Origin: Yuukianura sp. NJ FZ-2021
Taxonomy: Eukaryota
Reading direction: 5' to 3'
Length of the DNA: 64,000 nucleotides
Assembly (NCBI GenBank): GCA_046563655.1
Contig: CM102285.1
Coordinates: 6,510,001-6,574,000, forward strand
Below the pieces are notes generated by a model. The model was not told where the DNA came from and did not search any database. It saw only the letters and a program-made list of their open reading frames with translations. Made by a program: the position numbers and the translations under genes. Positions 60,726-64,000 of the stretch are shown here, one piece after another (the first letter of the stretch is position 1; every line of letters begins with the position of its first letter).

Positions 60726-61743
60726 TTAGTGTTCTGGAGACGCACGTCTACGACGTGCTGAAGAAGACTATTGATACGACTTTGTCTGTCCGTCCGTCCG
60801 TCTGTCCGTAACGTTTTTTAGCACCCTTTTCACTGAAACATAAGCCCCATCGCAGTCGGGGGGTTATCTCTGGCTTAAGTGTTCTCGTTAGGTCTGCATT
60901 GCACTCAAAGTCGTACATTAACAACGCCAAAGTATGCGGCTGCTTTACGTACCCGCAGTATCGTGGCTCCGCAATACTGTTTTGGTTTCGATTACACTCA
61001 AAGTATTTATAAACAACGGAGTTTTGATCTGGTCATTTTCTGGCAGCATGTTTAATTGCGTTGTTAAATTAAGACTGATCAGAGGGTAGAAAATCCGGCT
61101 TAAATGTTTAATATGTGAATAGTGCATAAAAGGGGTCAAATTTGCATTTACTAGACATTTTATAATTCCGATTTTAACAAGCGATATTCGAGCCGTCACG
61201 CAAGCGTTCGTTTTTGTGCAGGATGCACACTTATGACCAACAGGGATACAAAAACGTTGAATTGTGCATTTACATAAACCAATTTTGATTTTTAGGAAAC
61301 GGCATTCGATCCCCCACTCCCCCAACGTTCAATTTTGTGCATGCTTGAGAACAAGTGCATCAAAATAATTTTGAACAGACTCAAATCTGAGCCAAATTAT
61401 AATGTATTGCCATAGCAACATCGATAATACATTGTGTGTATCTTGCTCAACAAATTAACAACATCAATTCAGTGCAGATATTGTGGACCTCAAAACTGAA
61501 ACATGACTTTGGTGCAATTAAACTGTAAAATTGCCAAGACAATTTTAGTGCAACTCATGCACACAATAAGATCTCACATTCACACTGAAAATTTTTATAT
61601 AGCTACGTTTTAGAGCATCAATTCCATGAAAACGGTTTCTCAGTTCGTCCACCGTTTTGCGGTAGGCCGGTCTCAATGTCGTGTCAATTGCGAACTCCCT
61701 CCAGAAGACCAATGCTCAACCCTTGAGCATCGCCCTACCTTGT
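60726..61743 (+). mobile_element. HINE / DINE-1-like element, copy 2
   Basis: Same subTIRs, GTCY repeat and GCTCAAcccTTGAGC hairpin as copy 1. T-run flanks. Confidence 0.85.
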
Positions 61744-62330
61744 TTTTTCGTCGAGCGCGGTCCGAACCCCGATCCAACTTTCCGCTTTCAATTTTTATTT
61801 TCAGTAAACTCAATTACTAATTAAATGTGGAAAGTTTAAATGCATAATTAACCATTGTTAATTAATTCCTGAATTCTAAATTCGCGTTTTTGTTTCTTTT
61901 TTGGGTTATCTCATGGTTTTTACTCGCAGTCCGAGTAAGCATTAGCAAATATAGTAACGGAGATACCCTCTCACACCGCGCTCAGATCGGTCAAACTTGT
62001 GCGCCGCGCTAGCGCTCTCTCATTTGATTTAACGGTTTTTTCTGCTACTCCAAAAACAGAAACAGATTTTTTTGGATTCTTTTGTAACGATGGCAGTTAG
62101 TGGTAACTGTTTACTAAAAGAAAATAGGTCAAGCCCCCCCTCCCCACACCCCCAGCCCTTGTCCGTTCACCCCGCTCAAATCCAGTTTACCCAATAGGGC
62201 ATGTGGTGGTGTGAAAGAAAGAAGAAAAAATTAAAAAAAATTATTAATTATACTAATAAAGTAAATTTAAATTGTTAATTAAGTTATTGTTAAATCTAAT
62301 TTATAAACTTAAAGAAAAACAAATAAAAAA

Positions 62331-63373
62331 ACAAGGTAGGGCAATGCTCAAGGGTTGAGCATAGGTCTTCTGGAGGGAGTTGACAATTGATACAACATTT
62401 AGACCGGCCTACCTCAAAACTGTAGAAGAAATGAGAAACCGTTTTCATGGAGTTGTTGCACCAAAACGTCGCTAAAAAGTTTCAGTGTGGATGCGAGGTC
62501 CTATTTTGTGCATGAGTTGCACCAAAATTGCGTTGGCTGTTCTACCATTTAATTGCACCAAAATCATGTTGCAGTTTTGAGACCCAAAATATTTGCACTG
62601 AATTGATGTTCTTAATTTGTTGAGCAAGATGCACGTAATGTATTGTCGGGGTTGCCATGGCAATAGACCATTAGCGAAAAGAGCGTAAACCAAACACCCT
62701 CAAAATAATGATATTGAAATTGAGATTTGTGCATGATGCACAAATTTGAACCCTGAGAAGGATGGATCGAATATACCTTCTTTTAAATCGAAATCGGTTC
62801 ATGAAGATGCGCATAATGTATTGTCGATGTTGTCAAGGTATGCTCAAAGTAGTTCTCAAACCTGCACAAACCTTCAATTGTGTGCATCATGCACAAAATT
62901 GTACGTTGTGGGGTGGGGTTCGAATATCGCTTGTTTATAATCAAAATTATAAAAATTTCTTGCAAAGGCAAATTTTAACCCTGCCAAGCACTGTTTCCAT
63001 ATTATGAGTTTCAGCCACATTTTCTACCCAGTTAAGTTTTAATTTAACAACGTGATTAAACTAGCTGTCAGAAAATGACAGGATCAAAACTTCGTTGTTT
63101 AAATATATTTTGAGTGTAATCGAAACCAAAATGTTTCCGAGAAACGACTGCACTTAGGGTGCATAAAGTGGCCGCCCATTTGCACGTTGTTAATATAACA
63201 CTTTGAGTGCAATGTAGACTTAATGAAAACACTTGAGGCATACGTAACCCCCCGCCAAAAATGGAGCTTATGTTTCAGCGCAAAAGATCCTAAAAAAGCG
63301 AACGGACGGACAGACAAAGTCGTATCAATAGTCTTCTTCAGCATGTCGTAGACATGCGTCTCCAGAAGACTAA
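62331..63373 (-). mobile_element. HINE / DINE-1-like element, copy 3
   Basis: Reverse-oriented copy: caaggtagggcaatgctcaagggttgagc...ggacggacagacaaagtcgtatcaatagtcttcttcagc...ctccagaagacta. Confidence 0.85.
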
Positions 63374-64000
63374 AATGAAAAAAATTTTTTTTGAAAAAAT
63401 CTGGTTTCGAACTCGCGTCTTTTTTTCTCTCTATTTTCTGAACTGTATCTCTGCACAACTTCATCATTAAGGCAGTGTTGTAAATCTTCAAAAAAAAAAG
63501 AACTCATGAACTTCACACTGTAAGTTAAGTTTACATTTTTGCTTGTTGTAAGATTTCAACAAAAAGAATGGGATGGCGCTTGAGTTGGATTTTACATAGA
63601 ACGGGTGACTTCTTCATCTCTGTTTCTTTTCGTCTTTTGTTTCTCAACAATTCAAAAACATTACCACAGCTGTTGCGAACAAAACAAAAACAAATCAGTG
63701 TTAAAAACATTAAGTTGTTTTTCAAAAAAATCAAGACTTCGTCGTCCAAAAAAAAAAAATACAACGCATCAAAATGCTGGTAAGTCCTGTTCGCTTATAA
63801 TTTCATTCGTTCACTCGTACTGAAAGCATTACAAATAACTGTCGGACTTTCAGAATGTTTTCGATGACCCTATTCGTGACCCGGATTTTGACCTAGAAGG
63901 AGTCGCGGTCGAATCGGTAAGTTTTTTTGTCTCATTTTTTTTTCAATTTTAAATTAAACAGAAAATTTTGAAAATTTAGCCAAGTGATTATACTTTGCGC

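Noticed and set aside
63560..63920. Possible exons ending in gtaag (e.g. NVFDDPIRDPDFDLEG)
   Set aside because: Too short and truncated by the window edge to assign; may be a transposon gene fragment.

Overview
Eukaryotic, intron-rich, AT-rich genomic DNA, probably from an arthropod (inferred from short GT-AG introns, TCAGT initiators and DINE-1/HINE-like repeats). The first ~27 kb holds four host genes: a FRAT/GBP-like GSK-3-binding protein, MCM4, CNOT10 and ICA69/ICA1. They are interspersed with five long palindromic foldback elements and a hAT-type MITE. From ~27.5 kb on, the window is almost all nested mobile DNA. Nest 1 is EnSpm-like element > DD41D Tc1/mariner > HINE. Nest 2 is LINE > BEL/Pao > solo LTR > pogo-like element. 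Nest 3 is BEL gag > gypsy-type LTR > a complete 13.9-kb Polinton/Maverick (adintovirus-like element, 46257-60124) with AGTAG termini and a 5-bp TSD. The Polinton is the most striking feature. Its protein-primed DNA polymerase is split by three spliceosomal introns located in or next to conserved polymerase motifs. Its minor capsid protein is about twice the usual size, with a triplicated insert. Its polymerase and virion module appear to come from different Polinton groups. Five of its transcription units have TATA + TCAGT Pol II promoters. This copy is decaying (stops and frameshifts). All coordinates were read by eye, and no database searches were run.
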